From: a bacterium
GTDB taxonomy: Bacteria > Actinomycetota > Acidimicrobiia > Spongiisociales > ZC4RG35
Reading direction: 5' to 3'
Length of the DNA stretch: 64,000 bases
NCBI GenBank assembly: GCA_028823995.1
Contig: JAPPFD010000031.1
Location: forward strand, 123,877 to 187,876
Shown: in pieces, positions 30,044 through 38,894 of the stretch
Position numbering within the stretch: the stretch's first letter is position 1
Layout of the letters: each line of letters starts with the position of its first letter
Translations under genes and position numbers: made by a program
Notes under the pieces: model-generated
The model's input: the letters and a program-made list of their open reading frames with translations, nothing else
Database searches by the model: none
Told to the model about the DNA's origin: nothing

Positions 30044-31035
30044 TGCGGGAGATCACCTTCATCGAGGCCGTGCGGGAGGCCCAGGCCGAGGCGCTGATCG
30101 CAGACGACCGGGTGTTCATCATGGGACAGGAGATCGGATCGTACGGAGGGGTGTTCCGCGCCACCCAGGACTTCGTTCGCCGGTTCGGCGAGCACCGGGT
30201 TCGCGACATGCCGATCGCCGAGCAGTCGATGCTGGGCGCCGGGGTGGGCGCGGCGGTGATGGGGATGCGGCCCATCGTCGAGGTGATGTTCATGGACTTC
30301 GTCGCCTGCGGCATGGACGCCATCGTGAATCACGCCGCCAAGATGCGCTACATGTCGGGCGACCAACTGCGGGCGCCGATGGTCATACGGACCCAGGGGG
30401 GCTCCGGCACCCACCACGGCTCCCAGCACTCCCAGACCCTGGAGAGTTGGTTCCTGCACGTTCCCGGACTGGCGGTGGTGGTGCCGTCGGTGCCCCAGGA
30501 CGTCAAGGGCCTCTTCAAGACTTCGGTGGAACTGGAGCACCCGGTGCTGTTCGTCGAGCACCGGGCCCTGTACAGGACCACGGGAACGGTCACCGACCCG
30601 GTGGCGCCCATCCCGCTCGGACAGGGAGTGGTCAGGCGTCGGGGGGATGACGTCACGGTGGCGGCGGTGGGCAAATCCGTCCATCAGGCCCTGGCGGCGG
30701 CCCTCGAGATGGAGGAGGAGGGCGTCTCGGTGGAGGTGATCGACCTTCGGACCCTGGTGCCCATGGACGTCGAGTTGGTCCTGGAGTCTCTCTCCCACAC
30801 CCATCGGTTGGTGGTCGCCCACGAAGCCGTGGAGAGAGGAGGCTGGGCGGGGGAGTTGGTTGCCAGGGTGGTTGCCGAGGGGTTCGACGAGTTGGACGCC
30901 CCGCCCCTCCGGGCCGGCAGCAAGGCGACGCCCATTCCCTTCGCCCGGGAACTAGAAGCGGCAATGATCTCGGACGAGCGCCTGATCGCCAGGCGGATCC
31001 GGGAGAGTCTCGACCTGGCGGAGTACTCGGCATGA
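30043..31035 (+). CDS. 2-oxoacid dehydrogenase E1 beta subunit (transketolase-like)
   Basis: 'VFIMGQEIGSYGGVFRAT', 'PIAEQSMLGAGVGAA', 330 aa. Confidence 0.85.
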   Translation: MREITFIEAVREAQAEALIADDRVFIMGQEIGSYGGVFRATQDFVRRFGEHRVRDMPIAEQSMLGAGVGAAVMGMRPIVEVMFMDFVACGMDAIVNHAAKMRYMSGDQLRAPMVIRTQGGSGTHHGSQHSQTLESWFLHVPGLAVVVPSVPQDVKGLFKTSVELEHPVLFVEHRALYRTTGTVTDPVAPIPLGQGVVRRRGDDVTVAAVGKSVHQALAAALEMEEEGVSVEVIDLRTLVPMDVELVLESLSHTHRLVVAHEAVERGGWAGELVARVVAEGFDELDAPPLRAGSKATPIPFARELEAAMISDERLIARRIRESLDLAEYSA

Positions 31036-33062
31036 CCAGGGCGGCGGTCGACATCGGGGGGACCTTCACCGACGTGGTCACCATCGACGAGTCCACCGGC
31101 GAACTGGTCCAGGCGAAGGCGTTGACCACCTATCCCGATCCGACTCCGGGGTTTCTTGCCGCCCTCGCCAAGGCCACCGACCGCGACCGTTTGGAGACCG
31201 TCGGGTACGGCACCACCTTGGCCACCAATGCGGTTCTCACCCGCTCCGGCGCCAGGACTGCCCTTCTGACCACCCAGGGTTTCCGCGACGTGCTGGAGAT
31301 ACGCCGAACCCACCGCTCCAGTCTCTTCGACATCTACGAAGAGATCCCCGCTCCGGTTGTGCCCCGGCCCCTCCGGTTCGAGATCCCCGAGAGGACCGCA
31401 GCAGATGGAAGCGAGGTGACGCCCCTCGACGAGCAGGCGGTCCGGGCCGTGGCCGGGAAGATTCGTCAAGCCGGGGTGGAGTCGATCGCGGTCTCCTACC
31501 TCTTCTCTTTCATGAACCCGGCCCATGAGCTGCGCACCCGCCAAATCCTGGCCGAGGAACTGCCGGAACTCTCCGCCGATATAACCATCTCCTCTGAGGC
31601 GCTTCCCCTCCATCGCGAGTACGAGCGCACCAGCACCACCGTGATGAACGCTTACCTGACTCCCCTGGTGAGGAGCTATTTCAGCCGGCTCCGCGCCGAG
31701 TTGGCGGAGAGCAAGCTGTATGTGTGGTTGCAGATGATGCAGTCCAACGGCGGTTTGGTGCGCCCCGACCGGGCTGCTTCTTTTCCCATCCTGACCCTTC
31801 TGTCGGGACCGGCCGGGGGAGTGATGGCCTCCGCCTATCTTGGACGGTTGCTGGGGGAGACCCATCTGCTCACCCTCGACATGGGTGGGACGAGTTGTGA
31901 CGTGGCCGGGATCACCGACGGCGAGCCCGACACCCGACTCGACTTCGAGATCGGCGGCTACTCGGTGTCGTATCCCACTCTGGACATCCACACAGTAGGC
32001 GCCGGCGGGGGGAGCATCGCCAAGGTGGATGGCTTCGGGAGGGTGTCGGTGGGCCCGGATTCGGCGGGTTCGGATCCGGGGCCGGCCTGCTACGGCCGGG
32101 GAGGGGAGTTGCCCACCGTCACCGACGCCAACCTGGTGCTGGGCGTCTACGACCCCGACTTCCAGATGGGAGGAGAGATATACCCCGACATCGACCTGGC
32201 CGCCCGGGCCATCGAAGAGCATGTGGGAAAGCCCCTGGGGATCTCGGTCGTCGACGCGGCGGTGGGGATCATCCGGCTGGTCAATGCCAACATGATGCAC
32301 GCCCTGCGCACCGTATCCATCGAGCGGGGCCGGGACCCCCGAGATTTCGCGCTGGTGCCCTTCGGCGGCGCGGGACCCACCCACGGGGTGCACATCGCCG
32401 AGGAACTTGCCCTGCGCCGGGTGGTGATTCCTCCCATCCCGGGCTGCAACTCGGCGCTCGGCATCCTCGCTTCCGACGTCCGGCATGACCTGGTGGCCAC
32501 CCTTCGAGCCCGTGTGGCCCGTCTGGATCCATCGGATCTGGGAGAGACGCTCTCGGCCTTGGCGGAGGAGGCGCGCCGTGAACTGGATGAGGACAGCATC
32601 CCGCCGGAGAATCGGACCCTCAGGGCCAGCCTCGACATGCGCTACGCCGGCCAGGCCTACGAACTCAACGTCCCCCTCGCCTCGCTCCGCCCCGACGCTT
32701 CCACACTGGAACAGGCGATCGCCGACTTTCATCTCTCCCACCGCACCCGATACGGGCACTCGCTCGGCGATGACCGCGTTGACCTGGTGAATGTGAGGCT
32801 CACCGGGCTGGGCGCCACCCCGAAGCCGCTCCTGGGAGGAGGGTCGGGCGCGTCGGGCCAAGCGGAGCCGAGGTCGTATCGCCGGGTGGTCTCCGTGCAG
32901 GGCGAGGCGTCGAGCGTGCCTATCTATCACCGCGAAGACCTGGAGCCGGGACAGACCGTCATGACGCCGTCGGTGATCCAGCAGTTGGATTCCACCACCT
33001 ACCTGCCGTTCGGGGAGGTCCGGGTGCATGACACCGGCGCGATCGTGGTAGACCTGCCATGA
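31032..33062 (+). CDS. Hydantoinase/oxoprolinase family, A subunit, copy 2
   Basis: 'VDIGGTFTD', 'LDMGGTSCD', 676 aa, paralogous to 22469-24529. Confidence 0.85.
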   Translation: MTRAAVDIGGTFTDVVTIDESTGELVQAKALTTYPDPTPGFLAALAKATDRDRLETVGYGTTLATNAVLTRSGARTALLTTQGFRDVLEIRRTHRSSLFDIYEEIPAPVVPRPLRFEIPERTAADGSEVTPLDEQAVRAVAGKIRQAGVESIAVSYLFSFMNPAHELRTRQILAEELPELSADITISSEALPLHREYERTSTTVMNAYLTPLVRSYFSRLRAELAESKLYVWLQMMQSNGGLVRPDRAASFPILTLLSGPAGGVMASAYLGRLLGETHLLTLDMGGTSCDVAGITDGEPDTRLDFEIGGYSVSYPTLDIHTVGAGGGSIAKVDGFGRVSVGPDSAGSDPGPACYGRGGELPTVTDANLVLGVYDPDFQMGGEIYPDIDLAARAIEEHVGKPLGISVVDAAVGIIRLVNANMMHALRTVSIERGRDPRDFALVPFGGAGPTHGVHIAEELALRRVVIPPIPGCNSALGILASDVRHDLVATLRARVARLDPSDLGETLSALAEEARRELDEDSIPPENRTLRASLDMRYAGQAYELNVPLASLRPDASTLEQAIADFHLSHRTRYGHSLGDDRVDLVNVRLTGLGATPKPLLGGGSGASGQAEPRSYRRVVSVQGEASSVPIYHREDLEPGQTVMTPSVIQQLDSTTYLPFGEVRVHDTGAIVVDLP

Positions 33063-34828
33063 GCCGCTTCCAGGTTGATCCGGTAACGGTCGAGGTGGTG
33101 ACCAGCGGTCTGGCCGCCGGGGCCAGGGAGATGGGCATCACCATGCGTCAAACGTCGAGTTCCACGATCTTCAACGAGGGGAACGACTACTCATGCGGGA
33201 TGTTCAACGCCGAGACCGAGTTGGTGAGTCACGGGGAGTTCCTGCCCATCCATCTGGGCTCCCTTCCCTATTCGGTGAATTACTCCATCGATGAGGTGGG
33301 CGCCGACCAGTTCCGCCCGGGAGACTCCATCATTCTCAACGACCCGTTCCGCGGTGGGTCTCACCTGCCGGACGTGACGATGGTGACGCCGATCTTCTAT
33401 GAGGGAAAGCTGATCGGATGGGGGGCGAATCGGGCCCACCATCTGGATGTGGGAGGAACGGTGCCGGGCAGTTTCTACGCCCAGGCCCGGGAGAACTACC
33501 AGGAGGGTCTGCGGATCCCGCCGGTGAGGCTCATAAAGGAGGGGGAGATCGACGAAGAGATCATGCAGATGATCCTGGCCAATGTGCGACTCCCCGAGAA
33601 CATGCGATCGGATCTCCTGAGCCAAGTGTCGGCCAATCTCACCGCCCGCCGCCGCCTGATCGAGTTGGTGGAGCGGTACGGATTGGAGACCGTGGAGCAG
33701 TGCATGGCGATCGAGATGGACAACTCCGAGCGCCGGATCCGCGCGGCGATCGCCGGATGGCCGGACGGCGACTACTACGCCGAGGACTCCATGGACAACG
33801 ACGGGATAACCGATGTCCCCCGCACGGTCCGGGTGACGGTGAAGGTGCGGGGTGACGGGGTGGTGGTGGACTTCAACGGCACCGACCCGCAGGTGGAGGG
33901 GCCTCTGAACAGCGTCTTGGGCTACACCGCATCGGGTGTCTACATGACCATTCAAGCCGCCACCGATCCCACCATCCCGCCCAATGGGGGGTGTTACCGC
34001 CCGGTGGAGATCATCGCTCCCAAAGGGACGATCGTCAACCCCAGATTCCCGGCCGCCTGCACCGGTGGCAACGAGATCGTCTCGGTGATCCACAACGCTG
34101 TTTACCGGGCGCTGGCGGAGATCCCCCGCGACATCCCCAATCCGGTCCGGTTGATGGCCGCCGATCAGGGTTCGTCCAACAACCTGTTCCTGAGCGGCTT
34201 CGGCGAAGACGGGGAGCGGTTCGTTCTCTACGAGTACCCCGAGGGCGGATGGGGCGGCGCCGAGGGCCGGGACGGCCAGAGCGCCATCTACTCGATCGTG
34301 GGCAACACCTGGAACCTCCCGGTTGAGGCGATCGAGATGAGGTACCCGCTCCGCATCGACCGGTACGAGCTTCGCCAAGACTCGGGAGGTCCCGGAGAGT
34401 GGAGGGGCGGGTTATCGGTCAGACGTGATTACAGGTTGCTTGCCCCCACCGGGGAGTTGTCGGTGCTGGGCAACCGGGTGAGAGTCCCCCCTTACGGTCT
34501 GTTCGGCGGCCACCACGGCGCCCCTGCCCGGTACCGGATCGATGCCGGCACGCCTGATGAACGGCTGGCGGCACCCGAGTTCGGCGCCAAGAAGTCGATG
34601 GTTCCCTTAGAGCGCGACCAGGTGGTTAACCAGGAGACAGCAGGTGGCGGCGGATACGGCGATCCGTTGGACCGGGACCCGGTGGCGGTGGCCCGCGATG
34701 TCGCGTACGAATACATCTCCCGGAGGAGCGCCTTCGAGGACTACGGGGTGGTGCTGGACGATGAAGGTGCACTTGACCGGAAGGGAACTGCATCCCGCCG
34801 GGAAACTCTCAGGGAAAACCGAAGGTGA
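33059..34828 (+). CDS. Hydantoinase/oxoprolinase family, B subunit, copy 2
   Basis: 'NDPFRGGSHLPD', 589 aa, paralogous to 24526-26373. Confidence 0.85.
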   Translation: MSRFQVDPVTVEVVTSGLAAGAREMGITMRQTSSSTIFNEGNDYSCGMFNAETELVSHGEFLPIHLGSLPYSVNYSIDEVGADQFRPGDSIILNDPFRGGSHLPDVTMVTPIFYEGKLIGWGANRAHHLDVGGTVPGSFYAQARENYQEGLRIPPVRLIKEGEIDEEIMQMILANVRLPENMRSDLLSQVSANLTARRRLIELVERYGLETVEQCMAIEMDNSERRIRAAIAGWPDGDYYAEDSMDNDGITDVPRTVRVTVKVRGDGVVVDFNGTDPQVEGPLNSVLGYTASGVYMTIQAATDPTIPPNGGCYRPVEIIAPKGTIVNPRFPAACTGGNEIVSVIHNAVYRALAEIPRDIPNPVRLMAADQGSSNNLFLSGFGEDGERFVLYEYPEGGWGGAEGRDGQSAIYSIVGNTWNLPVEAIEMRYPLRIDRYELRQDSGGPGEWRGGLSVRRDYRLLAPTGELSVLGNRVRVPPYGLFGGHHGAPARYRIDAGTPDERLAAPEFGAKKSMVPLERDQVVNQETAGGGGYGDPLDRDPVAVARDVAYEYISRRSAFEDYGVVLDDEGALDRKGTASRRETLRENRR

Positions 34829-36180
34829 AAGACACCGGACGCCTGGCTCGGAAGGTCGAAGCCCTATATCGAGACCGCACTCCCGGATCCCGGGCCCTGT
34901 GGGAGGAGAGCAGGGGGATCCTGCCCATGGGTGTCTCGGGGGCCGCCAAGTTCTACGAGCCGTACCCGGTGGCGCTGGCCTCCGGGTCAGGGGGGCATGT
35001 GACGGATGTGGACGGAAACGACTATGTCGATCTCCTGATGGGCGCCGGTTCCTCCCTGTTGGGCCACTCCCATCCCTCCGTGGTGGCGGCGGTACGTGAC
35101 CAGATCGGGCGGATGGCCACCGTCCTGGCGCCCGCTCCGCTCGAGCGGGAGTTTGCCGAGCGAATCCGGGGGCTGATGCCGTACCTGGAGCGTCTCCGGT
35201 TTGCAAACACGGGTTCCGAGGCGGTACGCACCGCTCTGCGCGCCGCCCGGGCGGCCACCGGCCGGATGCGCTATGCCAAGTTCGAAGGCAACTACCACGG
35301 TTCCGATGACTACTTTCTCCTGTCCTCGGTCTCGCGGGAGGTGGCGGGACCTCCCCACCGCCCCAAGCCGGTCCCCGACTCGGCCGGGATTCCCGACCGC
35401 ATCCGAGAGGAGACCCTGCTGCTCCCCTACAACGATGTGGAGAACGCGGTGTCTCTAATCTCCGACAACGCCCCCGACCTGGCCGCGGTGGTGATGGAAC
35501 CGGTGGCCTTCTCCAGCGGCGGCGCGGTGGCCGCCGATCGGCACTTTGCCCAAGCGGTCCGGGACGTCACCGCCCAAAAGGGAATCGTGCTGATCTTCGA
35601 CGAGGTGGTGACCGGCCTGCGGCTGGGGACCGCCGGCGCTCCCGGATACCTGGGAGTGACGCCTGATCTGTCCTGCATCGGGAAGGCCATCGGAGGGGGT
35701 CTGCCCCTGTCGGCGGTGGGTGGGCGAGCCGACATCATGGAAACCGTGCTGGGCGCCTCGGCCCACGCCCGGGGCACCCACATCTTCCACTCCGGGACCT
35801 TCACGGGGAACCCGGTCTCGCTGGCAGCCGGGATGGCCGTCCTCGACGTCCTGGAACGGGAGCCGGTGCTCGAACACGTCGACTGGCTGGGCGACAGGTT
35901 GCGCGCCACTCTCCAGGAGGTCCTCGACTCCCACGGGCGGGGTCACATGACCGGATTCGGCTCGATCTTCCAGTTGCATTTCACCGAAGCCCCTCCCCGC
36001 AACCGGCGGGAGATCCTGGCCGGGGACCTCGTCATGCTGGCCTCGGTGCTGCTCGGCATGTGCGCACACGGGATCCTGTGGCCGCCCGTCCACCCGGGGG
36101 TGGTGGCCTTCGCACACACCGAGTCGGACATCGACCGGATCGCCTCGTGCCTGGAGACGGTGCTGGAGATGGCGTCATGA
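34825..36180 (+). CDS. Class III PLP aminotransferase, copy 2
   Basis: 'LIFDEVVTGLR', 'GKAIGGGLPLSAVGG', 451 aa. Confidence 0.85.
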   Translation: MKDTGRLARKVEALYRDRTPGSRALWEESRGILPMGVSGAAKFYEPYPVALASGSGGHVTDVDGNDYVDLLMGAGSSLLGHSHPSVVAAVRDQIGRMATVLAPAPLEREFAERIRGLMPYLERLRFANTGSEAVRTALRAARAATGRMRYAKFEGNYHGSDDYFLLSSVSREVAGPPHRPKPVPDSAGIPDRIREETLLLPYNDVENAVSLISDNAPDLAAVVMEPVAFSSGGAVAADRHFAQAVRDVTAQKGIVLIFDEVVTGLRLGTAGAPGYLGVTPDLSCIGKAIGGGLPLSAVGGRADIMETVLGASAHARGTHIFHSGTFTGNPVSLAAGMAVLDVLEREPVLEHVDWLGDRLRATLQEVLDSHGRGHMTGFGSIFQLHFTEAPPRNRREILAGDLVMLASVLLGMCAHGILWPPVHPGVVAFAHTESDIDRIASCLETVLEMAS

Positions 36181-36929
36181 CCCGAGCCGACCATTCGGAG
36201 CAGCGCAAGGCCGCCATCCTCACCGGTGCAGGTAGGGGCATCGGCAAGGGGATCGCCACCACCCTGGCCGAGCGGGGATACGACCTGGTCATCACCTCCC
36301 GCACCCGCGAGGACCTGGAAGTGACAGGACAACTGGTGGAACAGGTGGGCGGCTCGGCGGCAATCGTGGTTGCGGACCTGAAGGATCCGGACACCCCATC
36401 GGTGCTGCTCGAGACGGCCATCGATCGATACGGTCGCCTGGACGGGCTGGTCAACAACGCGGCCGTCAATGTGTTCGCTCACTTCTGGACCCAGTCCGAG
36501 AGCACCCTCGATGAGACCATCGCCACCAATCTCACCGCTCCCTTCTACCTGTGCCAGGCCGCAGCGAACTACTGGGTCGACAACGGTCGGGGAGGGGCGA
36601 TCGTCAACATCAGTTCGGCGGAGGACACCATCGCCTATCCCGAGCAGGTTCCCTACGCCTGCTCGAAGGGTGGGCTCCTCTCTCTGACCAAGGTGCTGGC
36701 TCTGGAGTGGGGGCCCTTGGGGATCAGGGTCAACGCGGTCAGTCCCGGTTCGGTCGACACCGAGATGACCCCCGACGTCTACCGGCAGGAAGCCCCGAAA
36801 CTGATGCCGATCGGTCGCCTGGGGAGACCCGAGGACATCGGCGCCTGCGTCTTCTTCCTGTTGAGCGACGACGCGGCGTTCGTCACCGGCACGGCGCTTT
36901 ATGCCGACGGGGGGTACATGCTGCAATGA
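36177..36929 (+). CDS. Short-chain dehydrogenase/reductase (SDR)
   Basis: 'TGAGRGIGKG' Rossmann motif, 'NNAA', catalytic 'YACSKGG'. Start at ATG 36177 (ATGA overlap), and the track's 36060 start is an extension. Confidence 0.85.
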   Translation: MTRADHSEQRKAAILTGAGRGIGKGIATTLAERGYDLVITSRTREDLEVTGQLVEQVGGSAAIVVADLKDPDTPSVLLETAIDRYGRLDGLVNNAAVNVFAHFWTQSESTLDETIATNLTAPFYLCQAAANYWVDNGRGGAIVNISSAEDTIAYPEQVPYACSKGGLLSLTKVLALEWGPLGIRVNAVSPGSVDTEMTPDVYRQEAPKLMPIGRLGRPEDIGACVFFLLSDDAAFVTGTALYADGGYMLQ

Positions 36930-37678
36930 GCGGGAAGTTGTCGGGGAAGAACGCCATCGTCACCGGGGTCGCCTCTGGGATCGGGAAGGCCACCGCCGTC
37001 AGGCTGGCGGCCGACGGCGCCAACCTCTTCTGCGTGGATCGGGATGAGGCAGGTCTGGCGCAATTGGTCGGCACACTGGGCGAAGGCCATGTCGGATTCC
37101 CCGCCGATCTGAGCCGGGCCTCATCGTGCCAGGAAGTAGTAGCCGCGGCCCTCGAGCACTGGGACAACCGGATTCACATCCTGGTCAACGCCGCGGCGAT
37201 CCTGATCCGCGAGCCCACCTTGTCCCATTCCAGGGAGGCCTGGGACCTGACCTTCGACGTAAACCTGAGAGCGCCGTTCATCCTCTCCAGGGATGTGGCG
37301 GCGTCCATGATGGAGGCGAGAATCCAGGGAGCCATAGTCAACGTGGCCTCCATCGAGGCGGTGCTTCCCGGTCGCGGGCATGTCGCCTACACCGCCTCCA
37401 AGGGAGCGATAACCATGCTGACCCGCTCCTCGGCTTTCGAGATGGCCCCTTATGGGATCCGCGTCAACGCTGTCTCCCCGGGGGTGATCGCCACCGGCAT
37501 GAACGCCGACCTGCGGGAGGACCCGGAGAGCTGGTCGGAGATGCTGTCCGGCACGCCCATGGGTCGCCACGGCCAGCCCGTTGAGATAGCCGCAGTGATA
37601 GCCTTCCTGGCCTCCGACGACCCGAGCTTTGTCACCGGTGCGATAGTCACCGCCGACGGCGGCTGGACCCTGCATTGA
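36926..37678 (+). CDS. Short-chain dehydrogenase/reductase (SDR), second paralogue
   Basis: 'TGVASGIGKA', 'YTASKGA'. Start at ATG 36926 (ATGA overlap), and the track's 36551 start is an extension. Confidence 0.85.
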   Translation: MSGKLSGKNAIVTGVASGIGKATAVRLAADGANLFCVDRDEAGLAQLVGTLGEGHVGFPADLSRASSCQEVVAAALEHWDNRIHILVNAAAILIREPTLSHSREAWDLTFDVNLRAPFILSRDVAASMMEARIQGAIVNVASIEAVLPGRGHVAYTASKGAITMLTRSSAFEMAPYGIRVNAVSPGVIATGMNADLREDPESWSEMLSGTPMGRHGQPVEIAAVIAFLASDDPSFVTGAIVTADGGWTLH

Positions 37679-37711
37679 ACGCGGCGGCATGGAAGTGAGA
37701 AAAGGCGGGAC

Positions 37712-38857
37712 ATGCGACTGGTGAAGATGCCCCGACTGGGACAGGACATGGAAGAGGGGACTCTCGTGGAGTGGGCCAAGTCGGTGGGTGACGAGGTCTC
37801 CGAGGGTGAGGTCCTGGCGGTGATCGAGACCGACAAGGCAGAGGTGGCATTCGAGTCGCCCGCCGGCGGGTACTTGGTGGCGGTCCTGGCGGATGCGGGC
37901 TCGACGCTGGCCATTGGAGAGCCGATCGCATGGATCGCTGATGATCCCGGTGCGAAGCCTCCCTCCCCGGAGTCGGTCCCCGCCTCGAGTGAGGAGGCGC
38001 CGCAACCCAAGGAGACTCTCACTCCAGAGGCCGCCATCCAAAGAACCCGGCCCCGGCCGGGACGACGGAAGCCGGTCTCGCCCCTGGCCCGCCGCCGGGC
38101 AAGGGAACTGGGAGTCGATCTGGCCGGCGTCGAAGGTACGGGTCCGGGGGGAAGGGTCACCGAGGATGACGTGGTGAATGCCCACCAGGCGGTGCAGGCT
38201 TCCGCCGGGGACTCCGATGATCTGTCTCGAATGCGGCTGGCGATCGCCGCCCGTATGTCCAAGTCGGCAGCGGTTCCCCAGTTTCAACTGGTACGAGAGA
38301 TCGTCCTCGAGAAGCCCGAGGGTCAGGGAGACGGGCCGAGAGTGACCTATACGGACCTGTTGCTTTGGGCCACGGCCGGGGCGCTGGCGGAGAGGCCGGC
38401 GGTCAACTCCAGTTGGGTCGAAGGCAATCCCCCCACGGTCCGATCCCATCCGAGCGTCAATCTCGGGTTCGCGGTGGCTGTTGACGACGGTTTGATCGTA
38501 CCGGTTATCCGAGATGCCGCGTCCCTGTCGCCGGCGCAGATCTCCGTCCAGCGACGCCGGCTGGAGGGGGCGGCTCGCGGCGGGCGCCTGCGTCCCGAGG
38601 ACCTGTCCGGCGGGACCTTCACCGTCTCGAATCTCGGCGGGGCCGGGGTGGACGAGTTCATCGCTCTGTTGAACCCACCGGAAGCGGGCATACTGGCGGT
38701 AGGCGCGGTGAAGCCCAGGCCGGTGGTGGTGGACGGCGCCCTGGTGGCGGCCCCCACCGTGCGGCTTACCCTTACCGGGGACCACCGGGTCTTCGACGGC
38801 ATGGAGGGAGCGAGATTCCTCCAGGCCATCGCCGACCGACTGCAACCCCGGACCTGA
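37712..38857 (+). CDS. Dihydrolipoamide acyltransferase (E2) with one lipoyl domain
   Basis: Lipoyl-Lys motif 'IETDKAEV', Pro/Ala linker, E3-binding-like 'SPLARRRARELGVDL', catalytic 'DHRVFDG'. Confidence 0.85.
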   Translation: MRLVKMPRLGQDMEEGTLVEWAKSVGDEVSEGEVLAVIETDKAEVAFESPAGGYLVAVLADAGSTLAIGEPIAWIADDPGAKPPSPESVPASSEEAPQPKETLTPEAAIQRTRPRPGRRKPVSPLARRRARELGVDLAGVEGTGPGGRVTEDDVVNAHQAVQASAGDSDDLSRMRLAIAARMSKSAAVPQFQLVREIVLEKPEGQGDGPRVTYTDLLLWATAGALAERPAVNSSWVEGNPPTVRSHPSVNLGFAVAVDDGLIVPVIRDAASLSPAQISVQRRRLEGAARGGRLRPEDLSGGTFTVSNLGGAGVDEFIALLNPPEAGILAVGAVKPRPVVVDGALVAAPTVRLTLTGDHRVFDGMEGARFLQAIADRLQPRT

Positions 38858-38894
38858 ACATGACACCTCTAGCATCTGCGACGAAGGGAGCACG

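Noticed and set aside
29000-38857. Specific naming of E1alpha/E1beta/E2 as acetoin dehydrogenase (acoABC), pyruvate dehydrogenase or branched-chain ketoacid dehydrogenase
   Set aside because: Family membership is clear, but substrate specificity cannot be read from the sequence by eye. The E2 has a single lipoyl domain (aco/bkd-like), which is not decisive.
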